Source of the DNA: an uncultured Oscillospiraceae bacterium
GTDB lineage: Bacteria; Bacillota; Clostridia; Christensenellales; CAG-138
Length of the DNA stretch: 64,000 bases
Direction: 5' to 3'
NCBI GenBank assembly: GCA_964447605.1
Contig: CAYUTA010000004.1
Span: 15,465 to 79,464 of the forward strand
The notes under the pieces are model-generated. The model was not told where the DNA came from and ran no database searches. It saw only the letters and a list, made by a program, of their open reading frames with translations. Below are positions 1-8,571 of this stretch, piece by piece. Positions within the stretch are counted from its first letter, which is position 1, and the number at the start of each line of letters is the position of its first letter. Made by a program: the position numbers and the translations under genes.

Positions 1-113
1 CTTTGGGTCATCGTCCCGGATTCTTTGGCATCCGGCCGGTGACACAAATTGTTTGCTTTACATGCGGCCGGCCGGCTGGTAGACTGAAACACAATCCTGA
101 CAATGGGAGACCT

Positions 114-1259
114 ATGGACAATATGGCGACACAGCAGGGCGCAAGGCGCGCCTATCAACCGAATAACAAACGCCGCAGACGGCGTAGAAAGGCCGGCCCG
201 CTGCTGATTTCTGTGCTTGCGCTGGTCGGTCTTGGCGCTGCGCTTTTGATTTACCAGGCCATCTTCACGCGGCAGGAGTCCATTGCCTCGATGACGGCCA
301 CGCCGATCTCCACCTCGTCGACATACCTCAACACCGGCGAGGGGCTGCTGTATCAGACGGACGGCCAGATTCACTTTTTTCACCTGGCCGACAGCAAGAA
401 AAACTATACCTACGGCATGGGCGCGTCGGACATCCGGATGTCCGGCAGTTCGTCGATGACCGTGGTGTATAACGCCGCCTCGCTGCAGGTGGTCGGTAAA
501 AAATCGCCCATCGCGTTCAACGGCATGGTCAAGGGCGTGGAGTGCGGCGAAAGGTTTCTTGCCGTGCTGCGCACCACCGCCGAGGGCGTGGATACCATAC
601 TCATCCTCACCGCCGACGGCGAGCAGGTCGACCAGCGCACGTTCGGCGACCAGTTCATCGTGGACTTCGGCTTTTACAAAACCTCCGTCGAAATGCTCTG
701 GATCGAAACGCTCAGCGACAGCGCGGGCATGCCGACGACCACCATCTCCACCTACGACCTCAACCGGCGCGACATCACGGGCGTGATCAATATCCAGGAC
801 CAGCTCGTGGATGAAATTTACATTACCTCCAAAAGCTTCTTTGCCGCGGGCACCAACCAGATTATCCGGTACACGCACGACGGAAACAAGGAGGTCTACC
901 GCAATACCATCTACGGCTACCAGATCGCGGATTTCTCCTCCGCATCCGGCACGCCGACGTTTCTGCTGACCCCGCGCGGCGGAGACTTTCACTCCGTCAG
1001 GCTGCTGACCCTCGAGGAGGGCGGCGCGGCCAACCCGGTGGAAACCTACCTGCAGCTGCCGGGCGAGGGCGTTGCCGCGTTCATTATGAACAACCGGCTC
1101 GTGGTCGCCTCACGCGAAAAGCTGTTCACCTACTCCATCCGCGCAAGGCTGCAGTCCGAGGCGACGTTTGAGCAGCCCATCGACGCGGCCGTCAAGCTCA
1201 CCGACAGCATCCTGATGCTTTCGAGCAACGGTACGTATTATCTTACGACCACGAAATAA
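114..1259 (+). CDS. membrane-anchored hypothetical protein (possibly DUF5711-like)
   Basis: Long ORF with host-like codon usage. Basic N-terminus (KRRRRRRK) is followed by one TM helix (LLISVLALVGLGAALLIY) and a ~330-aa extracytoplasmic domain. Start chosen at ATG 114 after a GGGAGA box (ATG 123 also possible). Family call is from memory only. Confidence 0.55.
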   Translation: MDNMATQQGARRAYQPNNKRRRRRRKAGPLLISVLALVGLGAALLIYQAIFTRQESIASMTATPISTSSTYLNTGEGLLYQTDGQIHFFHLADSKKNYTYGMGASDIRMSGSSSMTVVYNAASLQVVGKKSPIAFNGMVKGVECGERFLAVLRTTAEGVDTILILTADGEQVDQRTFGDQFIVDFGFYKTSVEMLWIETLSDSAGMPTTTISTYDLNRRDITGVINIQDQLVDEIYITSKSFFAAGTNQIIRYTHDGNKEVYRNTIYGYQIADFSSASGTPTFLLTPRGGDFHSVRLLTLEEGGAANPVETYLQLPGEGVAAFIMNNRLVVASREKLFTYSIRARLQSEATFEQPIDAAVKLTDSILMLSSNGTYYLTTTK

Positions 1260-1319
1260 CCGGACCGTCCGCCGCGCTGCGGGGGAGCCTGATTTTGAAT
1301 ATGGAAAGGGGCGCGCGCT

Positions 1320-2027
1320 GTGAATTTTATCGACGTCGGCATCCTGCTGCTGCTGGCCATCACAATCCTCGGCGGATATTATCGAGGTTTTCTCAGCACG
1401 GCGCTGAGCATTGCGGCAACCCTCGTGTCGTGGATTATCGGGCGCGTCTCCATCCCGCTTCTGGCAAGCGTCATCAAGTCGCAGGATAAGCTATACGGCA
1501 TGATGCGCTATTACACCGAGGGCTCGGAGTATGTTGCGCTCACCGACGTGGAGCTGACGCGCGCGCCCATCTCGAGCATATCGGCCGAACAGCTGCATAC
1601 GGTCATTGAGACGGCCGACCTGCCGCACCCGATGGACGCCCGCATCACGCGCAACATTGCCACCGAGGCGTTTTCCAAAGACGGCATCACCACGCTGGGC
1701 GACTATTTCAACGAAACCATCGTGTGCGTGGTTATCAATATCTTTTCGCTGCTGCTGGTGTTCCTCATCCTGCGCGTGCTGCTTGGCTGCGTGATCCGCG
1801 GCGCTGAATACGGACGCGGCGGATTCCCCGTGCTGCAGCGGTTCGACGGCCCGATCGGCGCGGGCCTCGGGCTGATCAACGGCGTGCTTTTGGCGTTTGT
1901 GCTGTTCATGCTCGCGCCTATCGCCCTCACGGTGTTGCCGCGGCTGTATGAATTTTTAAGCGAATCGTTCTTTGGCGAGTTCTTCTATCGGGCGAACTTC
2001 TTTGTCTTGTTGATACCGGGGACGTGA
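1320..2027 (+). CDS. cvpA: CvpA family membrane protein
   Basis: N-terminus MNFIDVGILLLLAITILGGYYRGFL and 4-TM layout are typical of the colicin V production (CvpA) family. GTG start is preceded by GGAAAGGGG. Confidence 0.8.
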   Translation: MNFIDVGILLLLAITILGGYYRGFLSTALSIAATLVSWIIGRVSIPLLASVIKSQDKLYGMMRYYTEGSEYVALTDVELTRAPISSISAEQLHTVIETADLPHPMDARITRNIATEAFSKDGITTLGDYFNETIVCVVINIFSLLLVFLILRVLLGCVIRGAEYGRGGFPVLQRFDGPIGAGLGLINGVLLAFVLFMLAPIALTVLPRLYEFLSESFFGEFFYRANFFVLLIPGT

Positions 2028-2168
2028 CGCGGCCATCCGTTTTCCCCTACCCAATAAAATTCTGCCTACAAACGCACATGCCGCGCATTAAATGCGTAAA
2101 TAATCGGAATAAGGAAACGCAGCGAGGAAGACAAGTACCGTTTGCCGCAAGCCGACTCCTCCGGCCCT

Positions 2169-3041
2169 TCAGGAGGAAGCCGCCCGTTCCGGCCGGTTAT
2201 TATATACGCACCAGAGCGTGATGGCCGCAATCACGACCGCGCCGCCAATCAGCGACAGCCTGCCCGGCACCTCGGCGGCAAACAGCGCCACCCATACGGG
2301 ATTGAGCAGCGGCTCGAGCGCGCTCAGCAGCGAACAGGCCAGCGGAGGGCAGTGCCGCGCGGCAAGGGAATAGAATATGAAAGCCAGGCCGATTTGAAAC
2401 ACGCCGAGCGCAAGGATACACAGGCTTGATTGCAGCGTAAGCGGCGCGCCTTCGGCAAAAAAGAACGGCATGCCAACGAGCGCGGTTAGCGCCTGCCCCA
2501 GCGCCAGCCCGCTGACGCGTTCCTCCTCCGGCGCGTCGCCGGTGGTGATGAGCATGCAGGCAAATCCAAGCCCGGACACAAGCGCAACGATATTGCCCGG
2601 CGCCGAGCCTCCCCGACCCAGTTCGTCTAAAAAACAGACGGCCACGCCTACGACGGTAAACAGCACCACGAGATAGTCCGCCGCGCAAAAGCGCTGCTTA
2701 CAAAACACGCCGTAGTACAGCAGCATAAACAGCGGCGCGGTGTACTGCACGACGATGGCGTTGGCGGCGGTTGTGAGCTTGGTCGCCGTTACAAACGCCA
2801 GATAGGTCAGCGCGATGCTCGCCATCATCGCCAGCGTGCGGCGCGTAATCAAAAAGCGAAACCGCCGCACGGCCATATAGCCGCCGATGACGCCCGCTGC
2901 AATCAGGCTGCGCATGCCGGCAATGGCAAACGAGTTCCAGGGAATCGCTTTGACAAGCACGCCGCCAATGCTCCACAACAGTGCGCACAGCAGCATAAAG
3001 AGCATTGAAAGAAACCGCTGTCTGGCCGTTACCGCTTTCAT
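2169..3041 (-). CDS. DMT superfamily (EamA-like) transporter
   Basis: About 10 TM segments in a duplicated EamA-type organisation. Start taken at MKAVTARQ (ATG 3041) with a GGAGG 6 nt upstream; the ORF track extends to 3074. Confidence 0.8.
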   Translation of the reverse strand: MKAVTARQRFLSMLFMLLCALLWSIGGVLVKAIPWNSFAIAGMRSLIAAGVIGGYMAVRRFRFLITRRTLAMMASIALTYLAFVTATKLTTAANAIVVQYTAPLFMLLYYGVFCKQRFCAADYLVVLFTVVGVAVCFLDELGRGGSAPGNIVALVSGLGFACMLITTGDAPEEERVSGLALGQALTALVGMPFFFAEGAPLTLQSSLCILALGVFQIGLAFIFYSLAARHCPPLACSLLSALEPLLNPVWVALFAAEVPGRLSLIGGAVVIAAITLWCVYNNRPERAASS

Positions 3042-3092
3042 ATCCATCCTCCGCTGACGGACATTGTAGCACATCCGGCCGCCATACGACAG

Positions 3093-3479
3093 CTATTTTT
3101 CTGTTTCGACAAGCGCGCGCCGCACTTTTTTCGGCAGACTGCCGCATACGAGCAAATAGGATGTATCGCACATGCCGCGCAGCACCTCCCCGGGCACGCC
3201 GCCGTCGAGATATACGCTGTTCCAATGCTGCTTGTTGCAGTAGAAGCCGGGGATCACGTCTGCATACTGCTGGCGGAACAACTCCGCAAGCTCCGGCTCG
3301 CACTTGAGCATGACCATCGTGCGGCCGCCGTATGCGGGGTACGCTTCCCCCGGCGTGCAGACCGCGGCAAACATCTTGCCGTGCACAAGATAGCGAAACC
3401 AATCCCACTCGGGCTTATAGTCCCTGACCGCGCCCGGCTTTTGCTGTAGATATGCGTCCAGCCATTCGTATTTGTTCAT
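3093..3479 (-). CDS. MmcQ/YjbR family DNA-binding protein
   Basis: Sequence WLDAYLQQKPGAVRDYKPEWDWFRYLVHGKMFA...KQHWNSVYLDG matches the MmcQ/YjbR family pattern. Start chosen at MNKYEW (3479). Confidence 0.8.
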   Translation of the reverse strand: MNKYEWLDAYLQQKPGAVRDYKPEWDWFRYLVHGKMFAAVCTPGEAYPAYGGRTMVMLKCEPELAELFRQQYADVIPGFYCNKQHWNSVYLDGGVPGEVLRGMCDTSYLLVCGSLPKKVRRALVETEK

Positions 3480-3532
3480 GTAACGTTCCACCAGCTTTCC
3501 TCAGTATTTTTACAATTTGGTCCTGCATACTA

Positions 3533-3541
3533 TGGTATAAT
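3533..3541 (+). promoter_or_regulatory. extended -10 promoter element TGGTATAAT (probable leaderless transcript)
   Basis: TGgTATAAT ends 7 nt before ATG 3549. No Shine-Dalgarno sequence lies in between. Confidence 0.45.
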
Positions 3542-3548
3542 GGGTAAT

Positions 3549-4904
3549 ATGAAATCGCGGCGGACAACCCGCTATAACGGCTCCTTTCGCGTCGCGGCGC
3601 TGCTTGCGGCCGCGTGTGTGCTGCTTGCCGTCCTATTGGCGCTGATGTTGCTGCGCGGCGCGCGGACACGCACGGCGGAGGCCGAGGCGCGGAAAGGTAC
3701 GCCCGCTCCGCAGCTCCGGACGGCCGCTGTGGCGGATGATCCGGCGCAAGCGGGGCCGGAGCCCGCAGATACGCAGGCGCCGATGCCGGCGTTCACGTTC
3801 ACGCCCGATGAAAGCCATCCGCTGCCCGGCGCGCATGAACGGCTCCGGTACGGGCAGGCGCGCACGCTCGGCGGCACGGTAACGTGCAACGATCCCATCA
3901 CGCGCATCACGGCCATGATCGCGCGCGATTACTGCGAGGATCCCTTTTATCCGTATATGGCGAGCGTCTCCTTTGCGCCGGAAAGCAATGTGACAAGCTA
4001 CCGCCTGACCGACGACGACACGGTGGAGGGCGTTTCGCTGGCGTCGCTGCTCAACCTCAATACGCTCAAGGTCGGTCTGCACACGCTGGTGCTTACGGGC
4101 GTATGCACAAACGCCTGCATGCCGTCGTCCGAGGTGCTTTCCATCCGGTTCTATGTGCTTGACAGCGACTGGAAGCAGTTTGCAGCGCGAGACTTCAGCA
4201 ACAACAGCTATGAGACCGCGCTTGCGTTCTTTGGCGGGGATACGGAGCGGTTCCTGTACCGGTACCAGAACGTGGACGGGCGCTATACGGTTGCCGATCC
4301 CGATTGGGAAAGCCGCTATATCATCGAATTTCCCATGGATGGCGGCGATCCCTGGCTCATCCATATCGACGCCGTCCCCTATTATGAAAAACTACGCGCC
4401 TATCTCGATACCACCCATGTGCGCGTGCACGGAACCAACGGCGACACAGGCGTTTTGCCGCTTAACCAGCTGATCGTGGCGTATCACGGCAGCTATGTTT
4501 CGCGCTTTACGTCCGCAGCACAGCGCTATATCAGCCACCATGCGCTCGGCGCGACCACCGATGTAAACGCCATAATGGAACCCAACAAAAACACCGGCGC
4601 CAACAACGAGCTCGTGGATAACGAGGTGCGCAACCTCCTTGCCTACAACGGCATTTATAGCGACGCAGACACGCAGTATTACGACTTTACCTATTCGGGG
4701 TCCTACCGGTGTACGGACTTCGGCGTGCCGGAAAGCGTCATAAACTACCTGCTCTACGAGCTGGCGTTTTACCGCGCGGGCTTCCAGTGGGGGCATTACT
4801 ATAACAGCACGAGCGACGCAATGCATTTTTCCCTTACCGACAACATCCGCACCAGGCACGATGGCGCCGGAGGGCTGCAAAAAGTTACGGAATATTATAA
4901 TTGA
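3549..4904 (+). CDS. secreted/membrane-anchored LAS-type (peptidase M15-like) zinc peptidase
   Basis: N-terminal TM/signal anchor (AALLAAACVLLAVLLALMLL). C-terminal SHHALGATTD (H-x6-D, near the SxHxxGxAxD motif of VanY/M15) and FQWGHYYNSTSDAMHF (D-x-M-H-F) resemble LAS/M15 metal ligands. The ORF track starts at 3540; ATG 3549 is preferred. Confidence 0.6.
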   Translation: MKSRRTTRYNGSFRVAALLAAACVLLAVLLALMLLRGARTRTAEAEARKGTPAPQLRTAAVADDPAQAGPEPADTQAPMPAFTFTPDESHPLPGAHERLRYGQARTLGGTVTCNDPITRITAMIARDYCEDPFYPYMASVSFAPESNVTSYRLTDDDTVEGVSLASLLNLNTLKVGLHTLVLTGVCTNACMPSSEVLSIRFYVLDSDWKQFAARDFSNNSYETALAFFGGDTERFLYRYQNVDGRYTVADPDWESRYIIEFPMDGGDPWLIHIDAVPYYEKLRAYLDTTHVRVHGTNGDTGVLPLNQLIVAYHGSYVSRFTSAAQRYISHHALGATTDVNAIMEPNKNTGANNELVDNEVRNLLAYNGIYSDADTQYYDFTYSGSYRCTDFGVPESVINYLLYELAFYRAGFQWGHYYNSTSDAMHFSLTDNIRTRHDGAGGLQKVTEYYN

Positions 4905-4906
4905 TT

Positions 4907-5383
4907 TCAGCGCGAAAAGCAAAACAGCCGTCCGTCTGCCGCCGCCGCGGGAGGGCGCGTCCGCAAAATAAGGCTGCGCCTGCGTTCCAGCGTGCGGGAC
5001 CTTCCTGCCGGAGACCTTTTGACTCGGCACGCCGTCCGCTTCCCTTTTGCAAACAGGAGCCGAACCGTGCCTTCACTTGCGGTTTCCCGAATGGAATTGC
5101 TCTTAAAACCGATTGTTTCCTCAATCTCTGATCTGCCGGCGTATGGTGGAAACGCATATACGGCGTCCCACGCAAAGGGCGCCGCGTCATTCGGGTTCGC
5201 GCGCTCAGAGGAAACGGAGGCGATGGCCGCCTTTGATTTTTGAGCCATTGATTGCAACAATCGGGTTCCCTGCAAAAAATATGCCAATGCGATGAGAAAT
5301 ACGGCTGCCGCAACGCCGGGCTTTCCCTTTCCGCGTTCACGTTCATCCGCCGCCTTTCCCGCGCCGTCTGTATAGGCGGGCAA
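4907..5383 (-). pseudogene. possible degraded small membrane-anchored protein gene
   Basis: The middle of the ORF looks protein-like (TM GVAAAVFLIALAYFL, then NDAAPFAWDAVYAFPPYAGRSEIEETIGFKS). There is only a TTG start without SD, and the C-terminal 45 aa are Arg-rich junk running to the convergent gene's stop. Confidence 0.3.
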
Positions 5384-5478
5384 ACATCGTTCCGCCCCTT
5401 AATCGCAAAGAAAGGACGGCGGGTACGGCGGCTCGCCCATGTGTTTTTGCGTTTTGTCGCGCGGGGCAAGGCAAAAGA

Positions 5479-5521
5479 TTTTTAACGGCATGCATGCCTT
5501 CCACGCGGGTAACCGTTAAAA
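5479..5521 (-). terminator. putative bidirectional stem-loop terminator overlapping the stop of 5516..5815
   Basis: TTTTTAACGG-N23-ACCGTTAAAAA gives a 9-10 bp stem with an inner GGCATGCATGCC palindrome. On the minus strand it is followed by AUCUUUUG. Confidence 0.45.
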
Positions 5522-5815
5522 ATAGCGGTATTCAACGCGCGCAGCCTTCTTTCGCTCGGGGAATATCTCGATCTCAAAGGAATCAAAGTCTACGCTCTCC
5601 ATGAAATCCGCCGGCTTGAATACCGTGCGCGAAAACTTCTTCAGTTCCGAAACATGCTTGGGCAGCATAATGGGAACGGCCAGGTCGAGCGGCTTAGCCA
5701 GGCTGGCGACGACGGGCGTCCAGCCGGCCAAATCAACGGGCCGTGCGGAAGCGAACTCCTGCACGACCTCGTTTTGGATTTTGTGGTTGGTTATGATTTT
5801 AGCCCAGATCTTCAC
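5516..5815 (-). CDS. hypothetical protein (99 aa)
   Basis: Clean ORF 8 nt downstream of the large zinc-ribbon protein gene, so probably co-transcribed. No family recognised. Confidence 0.6.
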   Translation of the reverse strand: MKIWAKIITNHKIQNEVVQEFASARPVDLAGWTPVVASLAKPLDLAVPIMLPKHVSELKKFSRTVFKPADFMESVDFDSFEIEIFPERKKAARVEYRYF

Positions 5816-5823
5816 GCTGCAAC

Positions 5824-8232
5824 CTACTTATTCAGGCTGAACCAGACCCACATATACGGGCTGCCGTCGGTATAGGTGCCCTTGAGAGAGCCCATAACCT
5901 GCTTGCGCTCGCCAACGTCGCCGGAATCGATCTTGGATTTAAGGCTGCGGTGTACGCAGACGACCGTCTTGCCCTCGGCGATCTCGAGCTTATAGATCGT
6001 ATACGGGGAACTGGAGATGATTTCGGTCACCTTGCCGGTGTCCTGATAGTTGCCCTTCGCAATCTCGCCCGCCGCGATCTTATCGAAATCTTTCTCCAGA
6101 TTGGCGCAGCGCTTGAGGAACGACGAATATTTTTCATCCGGCTCGCGCTCCACCACGGCGGTGGCCGTCGTTTCGTTATATCCCTCCTGTGCGGCGGTCA
6201 GCTTCACGTCGTATGCGCCGACGGCAGGCACCGTCACCGCAACGGCGAACGTACCCGTCTCGCCGACGGTGGCCTCGCCAAATTTAAGATCCGAACCGTC
6301 GTCCGCGCTTGCCGTAAGCTTCGCGCCCGGCGTAACGGTGCCGGTGAGCGTAACCGTGCCGGTTTTGGTGCGCAGCGAACTCTCCTTGTCCGCCTCCACA
6401 TTGGGGTCGTTGTTGACCAGCAGCGATAGGTTCTGTATGACGAACGGCTCGATGGTGATCACCTTGCGCGCGGTCACATAGTTGTTTTTTCGCGCCTCGA
6501 TGACAATGAGCTCGCGCCCCTGCTCGTCGGTCTGGTAATTGCCGGAGCCTGTTGCCGCCGGCGCGGCCGTGTCCGCCGCAGGGGGCGCGGGTTCCGGCGC
6601 GTCCGCGCCTTGCGTATCGGCGTCGCCCGTATCTGCGCCTTGCGTATCGGCGTTACCCGTGTCTGCGCCTTGCGTATCGGCGTCGCCCGTATCTGCGCCT
6701 TGCGTATCGGCGTTACCCGTGTCTGCGCCTTGCGTATCGGCGTTGTCCGCAGCCGTAGGCGTAGCGGCTCCACCGCCGCCGACCGGCCGTCTGGGTTCAT
6801 AGGAGGTGGTGAAGATGCCGCCGTCATACACGGGCATCTTCTCATCGTTGATATACACCTCGACGGTATGATCGTCCACCGTACCGGAGATGATGACGGG
6901 GGAATTGGAATAGGTCTGCTGCACCGTTTCCGTGGACGGATCGGTCAGAGAGAGGTTCAGCTTCGGCAACGTTACGGTAATATCGTCAACCGCAAGCTGG
7001 ATGGTCTCACCCGTAGGCGTATCGACCTGGATATTGGGCGTGATGGTGACCGCCTCGCTGTCGCACGGCTTGTTGGGCAGGAACACATCGCGCGCAATGC
7101 GCAAAACCACATGGTCGTTGGACGGAACCGTCGCCGTGTCCTCGCGCAGCTCCGCGTCGGTTACAATGCGGATGGTGCTGCCCGTTGGGGCATAGACGTT
7201 TACGTCATAATACAGATCGCCCGTTTCCGGATCGGTATACTCGGTCAGCGTCGCGGTATTCATCAGGTCCGTGGGGGAGTCGCCTCCGAGGGGTTCGGGG
7301 ATATTGCCGTCCGGCGTACCTTCGCCGGGGTCCTTGCTGTTGCCAAAGGCCGACGTGATGGAGGCAAACATCTTGCCCGCATCCCCGTCAAAGTTCTTGT
7401 TTACGATATAGATGCCGAACACGACAATGAGCGCCACAAGCAGTACGATCAGGCCCCAGAAGAGGAGCGTCGTTCCCTTGCCCCGCTTTTTGGGCATATC
7501 GTCAAAGTCATCGTCGTCAAATTCGTCGTCGTCGTCGTCAAACTCGTCGTTATCGAACTCGTCGTCGAATTCATCGTCGTCAAATTCGTCGTCATCGCCG
7601 TACTTCGACGCCTTGGCCTTCTTTGCCTTGTTTTTGACGGCCCCCTTCCCCTTTTTCTTTCTGGGCTCGTCGTCGAATTCATCGTCGTCGAATTCGTCGT
7701 CGAATTCGTCAATGGGCGCACGCTTAGCCGGCGCCGCCTTTTTTGCCGGCGCGGCCTGTCTGGCCGCCGTTTGTGCCGCGGGCTTTGCCGCCGCGGCGGC
7801 TCCGGCTGCGGCTACCGTGCCGAGCTGCTGGCCGCAATAGGGACAAAACGGCGCGTCGGGAAGCGCGGGCTTGCCACAGTTGGGGCAGGTGGCAAGCTGC
7901 GGCTGCTGCGAAACCGTTGTAGTTGCACCGGCGCTGGACGAGAGCGGCGTATAGCTTGCCGAAGACTGCGCCTGTACGGGCGCGGCCGTCGGCTGCGCTG
8001 CCGGCGGCGAATAGGCCGCCGGGTCGGATGCGCCGGCAAAGGCGCGCGTAGGCCAGCTTGGCGCCGACACAAAGCCGCGTGCCGGACGGGCGGAATCCTC
8101 CTGTGTTTGTTCAATGGTTTGTTGCGATTCGGCCGCCGCCGCAGAAGCGTCCGAATCCCTCAGCTTTGCGGCACAAACCCTGCAATGTGTCAGGTGTTCG
8201 GCATTGTAAGCGCCACATTCTCTGCATACCAT
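5824..8232 (-). CDS. zinc-ribbon domain-containing, acidic-repeat, single-pass membrane surface protein
   Basis: ATG 8232 is preceded by GGAGGAAAC. Two zinc ribbons (CRECG..CRVC and CPNCG..CPYCG) are followed by an Ala/Pro-rich linker, (D/E)-F-D acidic repeats flanking a Lys-rich patch, a TM helix (LLFWGLIVLLVALIVVFGIYIV), and a ~520-aa extracellular part with 10-aa GADTG(N/D)ADTQ repeats. Confidence 0.8.
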   Translation of the reverse strand: MVCRECGAYNAEHLTHCRVCAAKLRDSDASAAAAESQQTIEQTQEDSARPARGFVSAPSWPTRAFAGASDPAAYSPPAAQPTAAPVQAQSSASYTPLSSSAGATTTVSQQPQLATCPNCGKPALPDAPFCPYCGQQLGTVAAAGAAAAAKPAAQTAARQAAPAKKAAPAKRAPIDEFDDEFDDDEFDDEPRKKKGKGAVKNKAKKAKASKYGDDDEFDDDEFDDEFDNDEFDDDDDEFDDDDFDDMPKKRGKGTTLLFWGLIVLLVALIVVFGIYIVNKNFDGDAGKMFASITSAFGNSKDPGEGTPDGNIPEPLGGDSPTDLMNTATLTEYTDPETGDLYYDVNVYAPTGSTIRIVTDAELREDTATVPSNDHVVLRIARDVFLPNKPCDSEAVTITPNIQVDTPTGETIQLAVDDITVTLPKLNLSLTDPSTETVQQTYSNSPVIISGTVDDHTVEVYINDEKMPVYDGGIFTTSYEPRRPVGGGGAATPTAADNADTQGADTGNADTQGADTGDADTQGADTGNADTQGADTGDADTQGADAPEPAPPAADTAAPAATGSGNYQTDEQGRELIVIEARKNNYVTARKVITIEPFVIQNLSLLVNNDPNVEADKESSLRTKTGTVTLTGTVTPGAKLTASADDGSDLKFGEATVGETGTFAVAVTVPAVGAYDVKLTAAQEGYNETTATAVVEREPDEKYSSFLKRCANLEKDFDKIAAGEIAKGNYQDTGKVTEIISSSPYTIYKLEIAEGKTVVCVHRSLKSKIDSGDVGERKQVMGSLKGTYTDGSPYMWVWFSLNK
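6601..6750. repeat. in-frame tandem repeat, 30-bp unit in two alternating variants (60-bp super-unit, 2 perfect copies plus partials)
   Basis: Positions 6611-6670 are identical to 6671-6730. The units are tgcgtatcggcgtcgcccgtatctgcgcct and tgcgtatcggcgttacccgtgtctgcgcct. They encode GADTGNADTQ/GADTGDADTQ on the minus strand. Confidence 0.9.
7498..7710. repeat. low-complexity coding repeat (gtcgtc/gaattc) encoding DDEFDD acidic tracts
   Basis: Reiterated gtcgtcgaattc/gtcgtcaaattc motifs. Translation on the minus strand is DEFDDEFDDDEFDD...DDDEFDDDEFDDEFDNDEFDDDDDEFDDDDFDD. Confidence 0.85.
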
Positions 8233-8571
8233 AGTATTTGTTTCCTCCAATCAGCTTAAAAGCCGGGGTAGTTCATTCTTGCGTTCCAGCGGTGAATTAC
8301 CATGCATGATAAAACATATATGGTACATTGCATTCATTATACATCCATATATACAAAACCAACCAAGAACAAATCGTAAACTTTCTTGTCCAAATCTCTG
8401 ATCTTTTGTATTCCTGCGCGCTATTGGGCTGAAAATTTATTTTGGGAATATGCAAAGCGCGCGCATATCGGGTTTCGGCGGCACGGGGGCGCGGGGATGG
8501 AAAGATGGAAGGGACCCGGCGCGCGGAAACCTATCTGACCGCATGGCCGGGGCAGACGCGGCTATTTCAGG

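Noticed and set aside
6601-6750. Regular 30-bp repeats considered as a possible CRISPR array
   Set aside because: The units are directly adjacent with no spacers, are in frame inside a long ORF and encode a decapeptide repeat. No cas genes are nearby.
6610-8259. 549-aa plus-strand ORF, antisense to the zinc-ribbon surface-protein gene
   Set aside because: It is extremely Arg/Gly/Val-rich with repetitive RIGV.R.CAL peptides that simply mirror the minus-strand repeats. It has no SD and is a typical shadow ORF in high-G+C DNA.
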